Below are positions 31,900-43,445 of a stretch of DNA of 64,000 nucleotides, piece by piece. The notes beneath the pieces are model-generated. The model worked only from the letters and a program-made list of their open reading frames with translations. It was not told the origin of the DNA and did not search any database. How positions within the stretch are numbered: the stretch's first letter is position 1; every line of letters starts with the position of its first letter. The position numbers were made by a program, and so were the translations under genes. The stretch comes from Shigella phage ESh25. Where the stretch lies: the sequence record ON528735; one strand, written 5' to 3'.

Positions 31900-32247
31900 T
31901 CAATACGGTTTAGCATCAAATTTTCTTTCGATTTCAGGAGTGAAATATAATTCTTTACCGCGTTTAGAAAAGCGACCAATAATATGATAATTATTCTCAT
32001 CAAACGTGATATTACCAATATCCATAGCTTTCAACCAAATATCGATATTTCTATCCAGCTTTATGTCAAAATTCCAATACGGAGAACTATTACCGAAAAT
32101 ACTGCAAGCGGATTCAGTAAAACAACTACTATAAATCTTATCTTTAGGAACTACTAATTGATAGACACCTTTAATAAACTGAGGACCCTGCCACTTTGGC
32201 TGTTTCGCGTCTTTTTCTAATAGAATAGGATAATAATTAAAGTTCAT
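31900..32247 (-). CDS. hypothetical protein (115 aa) between frd and td
   Basis: ORF with no recognisable motif; from memory T4 frd and td are adjacent, so this may be lineage-specific. Confidence 0.5.
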   Translation of the reverse strand: MNFNYYPILLEKDAKQPKWQGPQFIKGVYQLVVPKDKIYSSCFTESACSIFGNSSPYWNFDIKLDRNIDIWLKAMDIGNITFDENNYHIIGRFSKRGKELYFTPEIERKFDAKPY

Positions 32248-32266
32248 ATTTTCCGCCAGTGTTATT

Positions 32267-33078
<812 letters not shown>

Positions 33079-33087
33079 TATATTTCC

Positions 33088-33330
33088 TCAAACAGACTTT
33101 TTCACAATTTTCCAATCAGCTTTAAACTGTTCAACATCAGAATGGTAAATCCAAAACCCTGCGCTTTCTCCATCCTCATAAAGAGGGCATCCATCACATT
33201 CATCTTCCCATCCCATATCACGCAAAAGACGTTCAGCTTTTTCAACAAGTTCAGAATTTTTACCGATGATATTAAAATACCATTTACCTCTAACTTCTGA
33301 ATCTTTGATGCTCTGGCGTTGTAATCTCAT
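33088..33330 (-). CDS. hypothetical protein (81 aa from internal Met; CxxC-containing)
   Basis: Track N-terminus reads through the promoter at 33357-33386; GAGGAG Shine-Dalgarno precedes the ATG at 33330. Confidence 0.5.
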   Translation of the reverse strand: MRLQRQSIKDSEVRGKWYFNIIGKNSELVEKAERLLRDMGWEDECDGCPLYEDGESAGFWIYHSDVEQFKADWKIVKKSV

Positions 33331-33356
33331 TTTATTCTCCTCAAGTTGATAGGGTA

Positions 33357-33386
33357 ATAGTATCACACTACTACCCTGTTGTAAAC
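33357..33386 (-). promoter_or_regulatory. early promoter with inverted repeat
   Basis: GTTTAC, 18 nt, TACTAT; near-perfect 11-bp inverted repeat AGGGTAGTAGT/ACTATTACCCT spans spacer and -10. Confidence 0.5.
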
Positions 33387-33388
33387 AA

Positions 33389-33649
33389 TTATTTTTGAAT
33401 TTTATCGAGCCACTTACCAAGCTTAATCATTTCTTTAGTAGCCTTTTCCATACTTCTGAACTTAACCAATAGAGGATAGGTATCGACACCCATAACTAAA
33501 CTGGTTACAAGACTGTGTTCACCCACAAGCCATAACGAATACGTTTGAATATCGAGTCCGTAATTTCTGTCTTTATGGACCCGTACACCCATCACTTCAA
33601 ATTTCTCACTAGCTTTTTCTACCGCATCCAGGAAATCATCTTTAGTCAT
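33389..33649 (-). CDS. hypothetical protein (86 aa from Met at 33649)
   Basis: Stop of the upstream ORF lies 1 nt before this ATG. Confidence 0.45.
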   Translation of the reverse strand: MTKDDFLDAVEKASEKFEVMGVRVHKDRNYGLDIQTYSLWLVGEHSLVTSLVMGVDTYPLLVKFRSMEKATKEMIKLGKWLDKIQK

Positions 33650-33650
33650 A

Positions 33651-34037
33651 TTAGGCCTTAAAAGTTTTTCGCAAAAGTTCAATGATTTCATCTGCATTGT
33701 TTTCGTCAACAATGCAGTGAATTTTTGTTACGCCAGAAACTATACCTTCATTAGCGGATTGAGGCTTTTCTAAAGTTACCTCAGTAAAGTATTTGAATTC
33801 TTCAGAGTAAATCTCAAAATACGTCTCAAGTGGGCCACCCGCCATGTATTCAGTACCATCTTCCATAGTTACACGTACCACACATTCACCAGCACAATCA
33901 TCACTTTCCATTTCATCTACAACAAAACTAGGTCCGTGCTTCTCTATTAAATTTAGCATCATTACATTGCAACGGCACTCGTTAGCAAAGTCATTTTTAA
34001 ATAAAGGGTTAATGATATAAGTTTTTCCAACTTCCAC
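33651..34037 (-). CDS. hypothetical protein (128 aa, GTG start)
   Basis: GAGGAAA Shine-Dalgarno 5 nt before the GTG; 8-bp hairpin at 34058-34076 upstream. Confidence 0.5.
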   Translation of the reverse strand: MEVGKTYIINPLFKNDFANECRCNVMMLNLIEKHGPSFVVDEMESDDCAGECVVRVTMEDGTEYMAGGPLETYFEIYSEEFKYFTEVTLEKPQSANEGIVSGVTKIHCIVDENNADEIIELLRKTFKA

Positions 34038-34083
34038 TTTGATTTCCTCATTTTAACGGGGCTATCAAATAGCCCCTTGATAA

Positions 34084-34377
34084 TTATTGTTCAATCAGTC
34101 CCATGTAAAATTCTGCGTCTTCAGAATCCATGCCATCGCAATATTCATTAGCCATAAAGCGGGTAAGGTCTTCAAGAGGACCTTCAATGACAATAGAAAA
34201 ATTGCAATAATTGGGATCATCATGAATACTTGTGATACTAAGTTCAGGATAACGATTACGAATAATCTCTTCAATATATTCAAAATCAACGATGTCAATA
34301 TCAACTTTAGCCATATTATTTTCCTCTTTGATCATCAGCAGTATTGCCGATAGTTGTATAGTACCATGGAAGGACAA
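34084..34377 (-). CDS. hypothetical protein (97 aa), frd.3 position
   Basis: AGAGGAAAA Shine-Dalgarno; promoter upstream. Confidence 0.55.
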   Translation of the reverse strand: MSFHGTIQLSAILLMIKEENNMAKVDIDIVDFEYIEEIIRNRYPELSITSIHDDPNYCNFSIVIEGPLEDLTRFMANEYCDGMDSEDAEFYMGLIEQ

Positions 34378-34387
34378 GGATGTAAAC
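34358..34387 (-). promoter_or_regulatory. early promoter; member of a repeated cassette family
   Basis: GTTTAC, 18 nt, TACTAT; the 38 bp at 34382-34420 is 37/38 identical to 51068-51106. Confidence 0.5.
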
Positions 34388-34408
34388 AGTTTTGTGAAAA
34401 AATTTTTG

Positions 34409-34437
34409 AAATAAAAAAGGGGACCTCTAGGGTCCCC
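34409..34437 (-). terminator. rho-independent terminator after gene 32
   Basis: Stem GGGGACC/GGTCCCC followed on minus strand by TTTTTTATTT. Confidence 0.7.
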
Positions 34438-34459
34438 AATTAATTAGTAATATAATCTA

Positions 34460-35365
34460 TTAAAGGTCATTCAAAAGGTCATCTAGGTCCGTGTCATCAG
34501 CACTAGATGAACTGCCAGAGCTTGAGCTCATAAAATCATCTTCAGTTTTTGTATTGAAGTCATCAACATTGAATGCATCCAAATCATCAGCAACTTTATC
34601 AGCTTTCTTAGCAGCAGTTGCAGCGGCACCGCCCATCACAGCAGTTCCCATAACTTGACCGAATTTAGTGCTCAGTTCTTCAAACGATTTGAATTTATCT
34701 TTAGAAGTCATTTCAGAAAGGTCAACCATTTGTTCGAACAGTTCTTTCTGGAAAGATTCATCGTCAATGTTTGGAATCGCAGATTGATTCAGGAATTTAG
34801 ATTCGTCGTAGTTACTAAATCCAGAAACCTGTTTAACTTTCAGTACAAAGTTAGCACCTTCCCACGGACAAGTTACATCAACCGGAGTTTCACCCATTTC
34901 AACATCAACCGCAATCATTGCATTGATTTTATCCCAGATTTTCTTACCGAAACGGTATTTAAATACTTTACCTTCATTTTCTGGAGCAGCTGGGTCTTTT
35001 ACAACAAGAATGTTAGCCCAGTAAGAAGTTTTGCGTTTAACAAGACTGTACTCTTTATTGTCAGTGTTGTACAGATCATTTTTACTGATGTACTGACATA
35101 CTGGGCAAGAATCGTAATCACCGTGGGTAGATGAACAGTTTTCAATATACCATTTACCATTTTTCTTGAAACCGTGATTTACAAGAATTGCGAATGGTGC
35201 TTGTTCATCATTTTTAGACGGAAGAAAACGAATTACTGCTTGACCGTTACCCGCATTGTCGAGTTTCAGTTTCCACTCGCCTTTATCTTCAGAAGAAAAA
35301 CCTTTATTGCCATTCAGTTTAGCCATTTGTGCAGCGAGTTCAGCAGTAGATTTACGTTTAAACAT
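34460..35365 (-). CDS. 32: single-stranded DNA-binding protein gp32
   Basis: 301 aa, same as T4 gp32; zinc-site [10 protein letters not shown]; acidic Ser/Asp-rich C-terminal tail. Confidence 0.95.
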
Positions 35366-35456
35366 TTTTATTTCCTTTTTAATTTAATTAACAGTTGGTG
35401 CTATGACGATGTATGACCTCATAGCTGGTCAGTGAGATAATTATAATCTATTTATA
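35366..35456 (-). promoter_or_regulatory. gene 32 leader: late promoter TATAAATA (35449-35456) plus A/U-rich translational operator
   Basis: TATAAATAG on minus strand; leader TTAAATTAAAAAGGAAATAAAAATG consistent with the T4 gp32 autoregulatory operator. Confidence 0.5.
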
Positions 35457-35464
35457 ATAAGCAA

Positions 35465-36118
35465 TTAATACTTACAAGATTTCACAGTTTCAATGAAAAC
35501 ACTTTTAGCTTTCTGTGAATCAATATTTAAAATTTTTCTATAAGCCTTTAATTTTATAGAATAATTATTCCAGACTAAATTATCAGTCTGTTCATCATGT
35601 TTATCAATTATATTTAAAAACGAATCAAGCAAGATAAACGTCTCAAACGAAATTATATTTGATTGAAGTAGTTTAAAAATATAACTTGATTGAACTTTTG
35701 GATTATACTCAAAAATTTCTTTAAAAGCAGAAACTTCAACTTTTTTACTAAAATAATAAATGTTGCGAATATCTTCTTCAAACTTAAATTTAATTTGCTT
35801 TAAACGTCCGATATATTCACGATAAAACACAAGTGCATCAGCGTCAGAGATGTCACCAATCCAAGCATCTTGGTTGGCAACCAAATTGCTTATAAAGATT
35901 AAAGCAAGTTCCTTTAATTTATATTTTTCTGATAACTTCTGGAAAAAATACTTATCCCTTCGCTTTTGATAAGCGGCATCAGACACCCGCATGCACCAAT
36001 TATACTTAATAACATCATACTTTCCATTCATATGTTGTTTTATCATTAAGTATAATTTATAAACTGATTTACCATCAATGTATCTTTCACCACCAGCAGG
36101 CATGCGGAGTTTAATCAT
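35465..36118 (-). CDS. 59: gp59 helicase loader
   Basis: 217 aa, same as T4 gp59; no segG-like ORF between 32 and 59. Confidence 0.8.
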   Translation of the reverse strand: MIKLRMPAGGERYIDGKSVYKLYLMIKQHMNGKYDVIKYNWCMRVSDAAYQKRRDKYFFQKLSEKYKLKELALIFISNLVANQDAWIGDISDADALVFYREYIGRLKQIKFKFEEDIRNIYYFSKKVEVSAFKEIFEYNPKVQSSYIFKLLQSNIISFETFILLDSFLNIIDKHDEQTDNLVWNNYSIKLKAYRKILNIDSQKAKSVFIETVKSCKY

Positions 36119-36453
36119 AGTAGAAAATCTAATGTATTAGTTTTTTCACAACGAACAACAGAAGGACGTAAAAGATTTTCGTCAATAGCTTCTGACTGAA
36201 TTTTTTCAATTATACCCAAAGGAATAAATTTAGCAAATTGAGTTTCAGGAATAGAATTTTCTTCTAAGAATGCTGTTGTAGCTTCGAGATAACTCATTCC
36301 AAACTCTTCTACCATTTTTTCAATAATAAATCCATTTTCTTGGCGGTCAAGAAGCTTTGCTATTTCATCCTTTTCTTTCTTAATTGAAAGTTCTTTTTCT
36401 GAAAGACCGGTCTCATCGACCGGACGAATATCATTTAGAGAAAACTGTGTCAT
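36115..36453 (-). CDS. 33: gp33 late-transcription co-activator
   Basis: 112 aa from MTQFSL (same as T4 gp33). Confidence 0.8.
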   Translation of the reverse strand: MTQFSLNDIRPVDETGLSEKELSIKKEKDEIAKLLDRQENGFIIEKMVEEFGMSYLEATTAFLEENSIPETQFAKFIPLGIIEKIQSEAIDENLLRPSVVRCEKTNTLDFLL

Positions 36454-36700
36454 AAAGTTCAACTACCTCTTCAGTTTCAGCTTCAAACACATCACGGTTA
36501 TCTTTATGATACAAAGCTAATAGACGATTAAACATCTTACCATCAACGCCAAGTTCATCTTTGGCACGAATTCGAATATCTTTAATCAGTTCATTATAAC
36601 CGGAAATTTTCAGTTTATGGTCAGATGCTTCTTTAATAAATTTAGCCAAGTCTTCGCCATGGATAGCTTCATCAAATTCAACCATTTCTTTTTTAGCCAT
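36431..36700 (-). CDS. dsbA: DsbA double-stranded DNA-binding protein
   Basis: 89 aa, same as T4 DsbA; between rnh and 33. Confidence 0.75.
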   Translation of the reverse strand: MAKKEMVEFDEAIHGEDLAKFIKEASDHKLKISGYNELIKDIRIRAKDELGVDGKMFNRLLALYHKDNRDVFEAETEEVVELYDTVFSK

Positions 36701-36708
36701 TATTCACC

Positions 36709-37626
36709 TCAAAATTCATTAATGCTATTAGTTAATTTAGAAAGACCTGCTTTTACAAAATATGAATAAATTTTGCCACGCGGTGGTAATTTATATGAAT
36801 TATAGTAATTCACAATGTTTGAAGCAATATTATCAGGAATATAATCAAAATCAATTAGAACTAAATTTTCTTTATAACGATTATATTCAGATTCTGTGAG
36901 AAGCACCTTAGCTTGCTCACGGTCATTAGCAATAGCTTCAACGATTGAAGTTTTCATTGAAGGAGTCCGTTCACCTTCAACTCTGGTAAACCAAAAGTCA
37001 GAACGTACTTTAACTGAAGCAACGTTATCCTTTTTGTCACCCTTAAGAATTTTAGTCATACAATCAATTTCAGCAGAACCGCTTTTAATTTTAACCCATT
37101 TCTTGTGCATCGGTGACCATTGCTTAACATTTGGATATTTGTGAAGTTGAGTAAAGTCACCATCCGACGAAATGATTAAAATCTTATGTCCTTCTAAAGA
37201 GAACTTTTTAACAAGAACAGCGATATGATCATCTGCTTCATACTTATCAATATCCATAACGATGTATGGCATATAAGCTTTCAATTCATCTATAACTTTA
37301 TGACTGGATTCAAAATAACCTTCCCAGTCCCAAGTAGATTCTTCTCGTGCTTTTCCACGGTTTTTCTTATAATAATAAGCGAAATCACGACGCCAGTATC
37401 CAGATTTCGCGTTATCAATACACAGTACAATTTTAGTGTATCCAAGCGTTTTTGCTTTTTTGACATTAAACTTAATTGAGTTCAATATCAAATGACGAAC
37501 CATTGATAAATTAATTTTTTCTTTATCTGGGAAGTTTACCAGAGCAGTTGAAAGAGCAATTTGACTAAAGTCAATAAAGCAAATTCCTTCTTTGTAATCT
37601 TCATCCAGCATCATTTCTAAATCCAT
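36709..37626 (-). CDS. rnh: RNase H (5'-3' exonuclease / flap endonuclease)
   Basis: 305 aa from MDLEMM (same as T4 RNase H). Confidence 0.9.
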   Translation of the reverse strand: MDLEMMLDEDYKEGICFIDFSQIALSTALVNFPDKEKINLSMVRHLILNSIKFNVKKAKTLGYTKIVLCIDNAKSGYWRRDFAYYYKKNRGKAREESTWDWEGYFESSHKVIDELKAYMPYIVMDIDKYEADDHIAVLVKKFSLEGHKILIISSDGDFTQLHKYPNVKQWSPMHKKWVKIKSGSAEIDCMTKILKGDKKDNVASVKVRSDFWFTRVEGERTPSMKTSIVEAIANDREQAKVLLTESEYNRYKENLVLIDFDYIPDNIASNIVNYYNSYKLPPRGKIYSYFVKAGLSKLTNSINEF

Positions 37627-37655
37627 ATGAACCTCGTTCAATTAGTGAGATTTCT

Positions 37656-37685
37656 ATTATATACTATCTAAATCTTAAAGTAAAC
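37656..37685 (-). promoter_or_regulatory. early promoter for rnh
   Basis: GTTTAC, 18 nt, TATAAT on minus strand. Confidence 0.55.
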
Positions 37686-37688
37686 AGG

Positions 37689-37696
37689 TATAAATA
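37689..37696 (+). promoter_or_regulatory. late promoter TATAAATA for gene 34
   Basis: TATAAATA 34 nt before the gene 34 ATG; divergent from the rnh early promoter. Confidence 0.6.
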
Positions 37697-37730
37697 CTTA
37701 TTATTGAAAACACAATAGGAGCCCGGGAGA

Positions 37731-40700
37731 ATGGCCGAGATTAAAAGAAAGTTCAGAGCAGAAGATGGTCTGGACGCAGGTGGCGATAAAATAATCAACG
37801 TAGCTTTAGCTGATCGTGCCGTAGGAACTGACGGTGTTAACGTTGATTACTTAATTCAAGAAAACACAGTTCAACAATACGATCCAACTCGTGGATATTT
37901 AAAAGATTTTGTAATCATTTATAATAATCGTTTTTGGGCAGCAACGGATAATATTCCAAAACCTGCTGGAAATTTTAATAGAATTCGTTGGAAAGCATTA
38001 CGTACTGATGCCGTATATACAACTGTATCATCTGGACCATATCAATTAAAATCCGGAGAAGCAATTTCAGTAGATACATCAGTTGGTAATGACATTGAGT
38101 TTACTTTACCACCTTCTCCGCTCGATGGAGAAACAGTAATAATTCAAGATATCGGTGGAAAACCTGGTATAAATCAGGTTAAAATAAGTTCTTCAAATCA
38201 GAGCATTGTTAATTTTAGAGGTGAACAAGTACGTTCAGTTTTAATGACTCATCCAAAGTCACAGATGATATTCATTTTTAATAATCGTTTGTGGCAAATG
38301 TATGTTGCTGATTATAGCAGAGAAGCTGCAATTGTTACTCCATCGACTGCATATCAAGCACAATCTAATGATTTTATCGTGCGTAGATTTACTTCCGCAG
38401 CGCCGATTAATATTAAACTTCCGAGATTTGCTAATCATGGCGATATTATTAATTTCGTTGATTTAGATAAATTAAATCCACTTTATCATACAATTGTCAC
38501 GACATATGATGAAACAACTTCAGTACAAGAAGTTGGAACTCATTCCATTGAAGGCCGTACATCGATTGACGGTTTCTTGATGTTTGATGATAGTGAAAAA
38601 TTATGGAGATTGTTTGACGGGGATAGTAAAGCACGTTTACACATTATAACGACTAATTCAAACATTCGTCCAAATGAAGAAGTTATGGTATTTGGTGCGA
38701 ATAATGGAACAACTCAAACGATTGAACTTCAGCTTCCAACTAATATTTCTGTTGGTGATACTGTTAAAATTTCCATGAATTACATGAGAAAAGGACAAAC
38801 AGTTAAAATCAAAGCTGCCGGTGAAGATAAAATTGCTTCTTCAGTTCAATTGCTGCAATTCCCAAAACGCTCAGAATATCCACCTGAAGCTGAATGGGTG
38901 ACTGTTCAAGAATTAGTTTTTAACGGTGAAACTAATTATGTTCCAGTTTTACAGCTTGCTTATATTGAAGATTCTGACGGAAAATACTGGGTAGTACAAC
39001 AAAACGTTCCAACAGTTGAAAGAGTCGATTCTTTAAATAATTCTACTAGAGCAAGATTAGGCGTAATTGCTTTAGCTACACAAGCCCAAGCTAACGTCGA
39101 TTTAGAAAATTCTCCACAAAAAGAATTAGCAATTACTCCAGAAACATTAGCTAACCGTACTGCTACAGAAACTCGTAGAGGTATCGCAAGAATAGCAACT
39201 ACTGCTCAAGTAAATCAGAACACTACATTCTCTTTTGCTGATGACCTTATCATCACTCCTAAAAAGCTGAATGAAAGAACTGCTACAGAAACTCGTAGAG
39301 GTGTTGCTGAAATTGCTACGCAGCAGGAAACTAATACAGGTATCGATGATACTACAATCATCACTCCTAAAAAGCTTCAAGCTCGTCAAGGTTCTGAATC
39401 ATTATCAGGTATTGTAACTTTTGTATCTACCGCAGGAGCTACCCCAGCTTCTAGTCGTGAATTAAATGGTACAAATGTTTACAATAAAAACACTAATAAT
39501 TTAGTTGTTTCGCCTAAAGCACTGGATCAGTATAAAGCTACTCCAACACAGCAAGGTGCAGTAATTTTAGCAGTTGAAAGTGAAGTAATTGCTGGACAAA
39601 GCCAAGAAGGATGGGCAAATGCGGTTGTAACGCCAGAAACGTTACATAAAAAGACATCAACTGATGGAAGAATTGGTTTAATTGAAATTGCTACGCAAAG
39701 TGAAGTTAATACAGGAACTGATTATACTCGCGCAGTCACTCCTAAAACTTTAAATGACCGTAGAGCAACTGAAAGTTTAAGTGGTATAGCTGAAATTGCT
39801 ACACAAGTTGAATTCGACGCAGGCGTCGACGATACTCGTATCTCTACACCATTAAAAATTAAAACTAGATTTAATAGTACTGATCGTACTTCTGTTGTTG
39901 CTCTATCTGGATTAGTTGAATCAGGAACTCTCTGGGACCATTATACCCTTAATATTCTTGAAGCAAATGAGACACAACGTGGTACACTTCGTGTAGCTAC
40001 ACAAGTTGAAGCTGCTGCAGGAAAATTAGATAATGTTTTAATAACTCCTAAAAAGCTTTTAGGTACTAAATCTACCGAATCGCAAGAAGGTGTTATTAAA
40101 GTTGCAACTCAGTCTGAAACCGTGACTGGAACGTCAGCAAATACTGCTGTATCTCCAAAAAATTTAAAATGGATTGTGCAGAGTGAACCTACTTGGGCAG
40201 CTACTACTGCGATAAGAGGTTTTGTTAAAACCTCATCTGGTTCAATTACGTTCGTTGGTAATGATACAGCTGGTTCTACGCAGGACTTAGAACTATATGA
40301 GAAAAATGGTTATGCAGTATCACCATATGAATTAAACCGTGTATTAGCAAATTATTTGCCGTTAAAAGCAAAAGCTGCTGACGCAAATTTATTAGATGGT
40401 CTAGATTCATCTCAGTTCATTCGTAGGGATATTGCCCAGACAGTTAATGGTTCACTAACCTTAACCAAACAAACGAACCTGAGTGCCCCTCTTGTATCAT
40501 CTAGTACTGCTACGTTTGGTGGATCAGTTTCAGCAAATAGTACACTAACTATTTCTAATACTGGAACGGCAACTCGTCTGATTTTTGAAAAAGGACCTCA
40601 AACTGGGACGAACCCAGCTCAAACGATGACAGTCAGAGTGTGGGGAAATCAATTTAGCGGGGAATCAGACACAACACGTTCTACCGTATTTGAAGTTAGT

Positions 40701-41600
40701 GATGAAACGTCTAGTCATTTTTATTCTCAGCGTAATAAAGCTGGAAATATAACATTTAATATCAACGGCACAGTAACACCGATAAATGTTAATGCTTCAG
40801 GAACATTGAATGCAAATGGTGTAGCAACATTTGGTAATTCAGTCACTGCAACTGGTGAAATTATTTCTCGAAGCGCAAATGCTTTCCGTGCTATTAACGG
40901 AAATTATGGTTTCATTGTTCGCAATGATGGATCAGTAACGAATTTTATGCTTACTGCATCGGGTGATCAGACTGGCGGATTTAATGGATTGCGTCCTTTA
41001 GCTATTAATAATGCATCTGGCCAAGTAACGATTGGTGAAAGCTTAATCATTGCAAAAGGTGCTACTATAAGTTCAGGCGGTTTAACTGTTAACTCGAGAA
41101 TTCGCTCTCAAGGTACTAAAACTTCTGATTTATACACTCGCGCACCAACATCTGATACAGTAGGATTCTGGTCAATTGATATTAACGATTCAGCCACTTA
41201 TAATCAATTCCCTGGTTATTTTAAAATGGTTGAAAAAACTAATGAAGTGACTGGACTTCCATACTTAGAACGTGGTGAAGAAGTTAAATCTCCTGGTACA
41301 TTGACTCAGTTTGGTAACACACTTGATTCACTTTACCAAGATTGGATTACTTATCCAACGACCCCAGAAGCACGTACCACTCGCTGGACACGTACATGGC
41401 AGAAAACTAAAAATTCTTGGTCAAGTTTTGTTCAGGTATTTGACGGAGGTAACCCTCCTCAACCTTCAGATATAGGAGCGATCCCATCTGATAATGGAAT
41501 AATAGGTAATCTTACTATTCGCGATTTCTTGCGAATTGGTAATGTTCGCATTATTCCTGACCCAGTGAATAAAACTGTTAAATTTGAGTGGATTGAATAA
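37731..41600 (+). CDS. 34: long tail fibre proximal subunit gp34
   Basis: 1289 aa, same as T4 gp34; internal repeats of a TPExL/TPKKL...ATE(T/S) motif. Confidence 0.9.
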   Translation: MAEIKRKFRAEDGLDAGGDKIINVALADRAVGTDGVNVDYLIQENTVQQYDPTRGYLKDFVIIYNNRFWAATDNIPKPAGNFNRIRWKALRTDAVYTTVSSGPYQLKSGEAISVDTSVGNDIEFTLPPSPLDGETVIIQDIGGKPGINQVKISSSNQSIVNFRGEQVRSVLMTHPKSQMIFIFNNRLWQMYVADYSREAAIVTPSTAYQAQSNDFIVRRFTSAAPINIKLPRFANHGDIINFVDLDKLNPLYHTIVTTYDETTSVQEVGTHSIEGRTSIDGFLMFDDSEKLWRLFDGDSKARLHIITTNSNIRPNEEVMVFGANNGTTQTIELQLPTNISVGDTVKISMNYMRKGQTVKIKAAGEDKIASSVQLLQFPKRSEYPPEAEWVTVQELVFNGETNYVPVLQLAYIEDSDGKYWVVQQNVPTVERVDSLNNSTRARLGVIALATQAQANVDLENSPQKELAITPETLANRTATETRRGIARIATTAQVNQNTTFSFADDLIITPKKLNERTATETRRGVAEIATQQETNTGIDDTTIITPKKLQARQGSESLSGIVTFVSTAGATPASSRELNGTNVYNKNTNNLVVSPKALDQYKATPTQQGAVILAVESEVIAGQSQEGWANAVVTPETLHKKTSTDGRIGLIEIATQSEVNTGTDYTRAVTPKTLNDRRATESLSGIAEIATQVEFDAGVDDTRISTPLKIKTRFNSTDRTSVVALSGLVESGTLWDHYTLNILEANETQRGTLRVATQVEAAAGKLDNVLITPKKLLGTKSTESQEGVIKVATQSETVTGTSANTAVSPKNLKWIVQSEPTWAATTAIRGFVKTSSGSITFVGNDTAGSTQDLELYEKNGYAVSPYELNRVLANYLPLKAKAADANLLDGLDSSQFIRRDIAQTVNGSLTLTKQTNLSAPLVSSSTATFGGSVSANSTLTISNTGTATRLIFEKGPQTGTNPAQTMTVRVWGNQFSGESDTTRSTVFEVSDETSSHFYSQRNKAGNITFNINGTVTPINVNASGTLNANGVATFGNSVTATGEIISRSANAFRAINGNYGFIVRNDGSVTNFMLTASGDQTGGFNGLRPLAINNASGQVTIGESLIIAKGATISSGGLTVNSRIRSQGTKTSDLYTRAPTSDTVGFWSIDINDSATYNQFPGYFKMVEKTNEVTGLPYLERGEEVKSPGTLTQFGNTLDSLYQDWITYPTTPEARTTRWTRTWQKTKNSWSSFVQVFDGGNPPQPSDIGAIPSDNGIIGNLTIRDFLRIGNVRIIPDPVNKTVKFEWIE

Positions 41601-41608
41601 GAGGTATT

Positions 41609-42724
41609 ATGGAAAAATTTATGGCAGAGTTTGGACAAGGATATGTCCAAACGCCATTTTTATCGGAAAGCAATTCAGTAAGATATAAAATAAGCATAGC
41701 GGGTTCTTGCCCGCTTTCTACTGCGGGACCATATGTTAAATTTCAGGATAATCCCGTTGGAAATCAAACATTTAGTGCAGGTCTTCATTTAAGAGTTTTT
41801 GACCCTTCTACGGGAGCATTAGTTGATAGCAAGTCATATGCTTTTTCTGCTTCAAACAATACAACATCTGCCGCTTTTGTCAGTTTCATGAATTCTTTGT
41901 CAAACAATAGACTTGTTGCTATATTAACTAGCGGAAAGGTTAATTTTCCTCCTGAAGTGGTATCTTGGTTAAGGGGAGCAGGAACTTCAGTTTTTCCATC
42001 AGATTCAGTATTGTCAAGATTTGACGTGTCATATGCTGCTTTTTACACTTCTTCTAAAAGAGCTATCGCATTAGAGCATGTTAAACTAAGTAATAGAAAA
42101 AGCACAGATGACTATCAAACTATGTTAGATGTTGTATTTGATAGTTTAGAAGACGTCGGAGCTACAGGATTTCCTAAAAGAACATACGAAAGCGTTGAGC
42201 AATTTATGTCTGCGGTTGGAGGAACTAATAATGAAATTGCGCGATTGCCAACTTCAGCTGCTATAAGTAAACTTTCTGACTACAATTTAATTCCTGGTGA
42301 TGTTCTTTATCTTAAAGCACAACTATATGCTGATGCTGATTTACTTGATCTTGGAACTACAAATATATCTATTCGTTTTTATGATGCATCAAATGGATAT
42401 ATTTCCTCGACCCAAGCTGAGTTTACTGGGCAAGCTGGGTCTTGGGAATTAAAAGAAGATTATGTAGTTGTTCCTGAAAATGCAGTAGGATTTACGATAT
42501 ATGCACAAAGAACTGCCCAAGCAGGTCAAGGCGGCATGAGAAATTTAAGCTTTTCTGAAGTATCAAGAAATGGCGGCATTTCAAAACCTGCCGAATTTGG
42601 CGTCAACGGTATTCGCGTTAATTATGTCTGCGAATCGGCTTCACCTCCAGATATAATGGTACTTCCTACACAAGCCTCTTCTAAAACTGGCAAAGTGTTT
42701 GGGCAAGAATTTAGAGAAGTTTAA
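41609..42724 (+). CDS. 35: long tail fibre hinge protein gp35
   Basis: 371 aa (T4 372 aa). Confidence 0.85.
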   Translation: MEKFMAEFGQGYVQTPFLSESNSVRYKISIAGSCPLSTAGPYVKFQDNPVGNQTFSAGLHLRVFDPSTGALVDSKSYAFSASNNTTSAAFVSFMNSLSNNRLVAILTSGKVNFPPEVVSWLRGAGTSVFPSDSVLSRFDVSYAAFYTSSKRAIALEHVKLSNRKSTDDYQTMLDVVFDSLEDVGATGFPKRTYESVEQFMSAVGGTNNEIARLPTSAAISKLSDYNLIPGDVLYLKAQLYADADLLDLGTTNISIRFYDASNGYISSTQAEFTGQAGSWELKEDYVVVPENAVGFTIYAQRTAQAGQGGMRNLSFSEVSRNGGISKPAEFGVNGIRVNYVCESASPPDIMVLPTQASSKTGKVFGQEFREV

Positions 42725-42729
42725 ACTGA

Positions 42730-42763
42730 GGGAGCCTTCGGGTTCCCTTTTTCTTTATAAATA
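42730..42763 (+). promoter_or_regulatory. hairpin terminator after gene 35 followed by late promoter TATAAATA (42756-42763) for genes 36-37
   Basis: Imperfect GGGAGCC-UUCG-GGUUCCC stem plus T-run, then TATAAATA 24 nt before the gene 36 ATG. Confidence 0.5.
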
Positions 42764-42786
42764 ATATTAAAATAAAGGGGCATATA

Positions 42787-43437
42787 ATGGCTGATTTAAA
42801 AGTAGGTTCAACTGTAGGTGGATCTGTCATTTGGCATCAAGGAAATTTTCCATTGAATTCAGCCGGTGACGATGTACTCTACAAATCATTTAAAATATAT
42901 TCAGAATATAATAAACCGCAGGCAGCTGATAACGATTTCGTTTCTAAAGCTAATGGTGGTACTTACACCGGTCCAATTACTATTAATTACGGGGTAAATA
43001 GTTATCTTCAATTAAGTAATAATGAAACCCCCATTCGAATTCGTTCTGGTGGCGGTACCGGTAATACTCTTGTAGTTGGTGGCTCTTCCGGCGGTATTAG
43101 TTTTAGACCTGCAGGTAGTGAAATCACTACTGGACAAATTACTATTACACCAGAAGGTTTGACAACATTTACCAGGGCTGTAACGGCTCCATCTGTAACT
43201 GTTACATCTACTCCTTCCGCAGCATCTGATGTTACTCGTAAAGATTATGTTGATGGAGCAATAAATACTGTTACAACAAATGCAAACTCTAGGGTATTAC
43301 GCTCTGGAGACACTATGACAGGAAATTTAACTGCGCCAAACCTTTTTTCACAGAATCCTGCATCTCAACCTTCACACGTTCCACGATTTGACCAAATCGT
43401 AATTAAGGATTCTGTTCAAGATTTCGGCTATTATTAA
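42787..43437 (+). CDS. 36: long tail fibre distal connector gp36
   Basis: 216 aa; position between 35 and 37. Confidence 0.85.
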   Translation: MADLKVGSTVGGSVIWHQGNFPLNSAGDDVLYKSFKIYSEYNKPQAADNDFVSKANGGTYTGPITINYGVNSYLQLSNNETPIRIRSGGGTGNTLVVGGSSGGISFRPAGSEITTGQITITPEGLTTFTRAVTAPSVTVTSTPSAASDVTRKDYVDGAINTVTTNANSRVLRSGDTMTGNLTAPNLFSQNPASQPSHVPRFDQIVIKDSVQDFGYY

Positions 43438-43445
43438 GAGGACTT

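Noticed and set aside
33331-33420. N-terminal extensions in the ORF track (33088..33420, 54396..54758, 54040..54249, 26504..26938, 52985..53491)
   Set aside because: The extensions read through promoter cassettes or hairpins; internal Met codons with good Shine-Dalgarno sequences (and T4 protein lengths where known) support the shorter CDSs.
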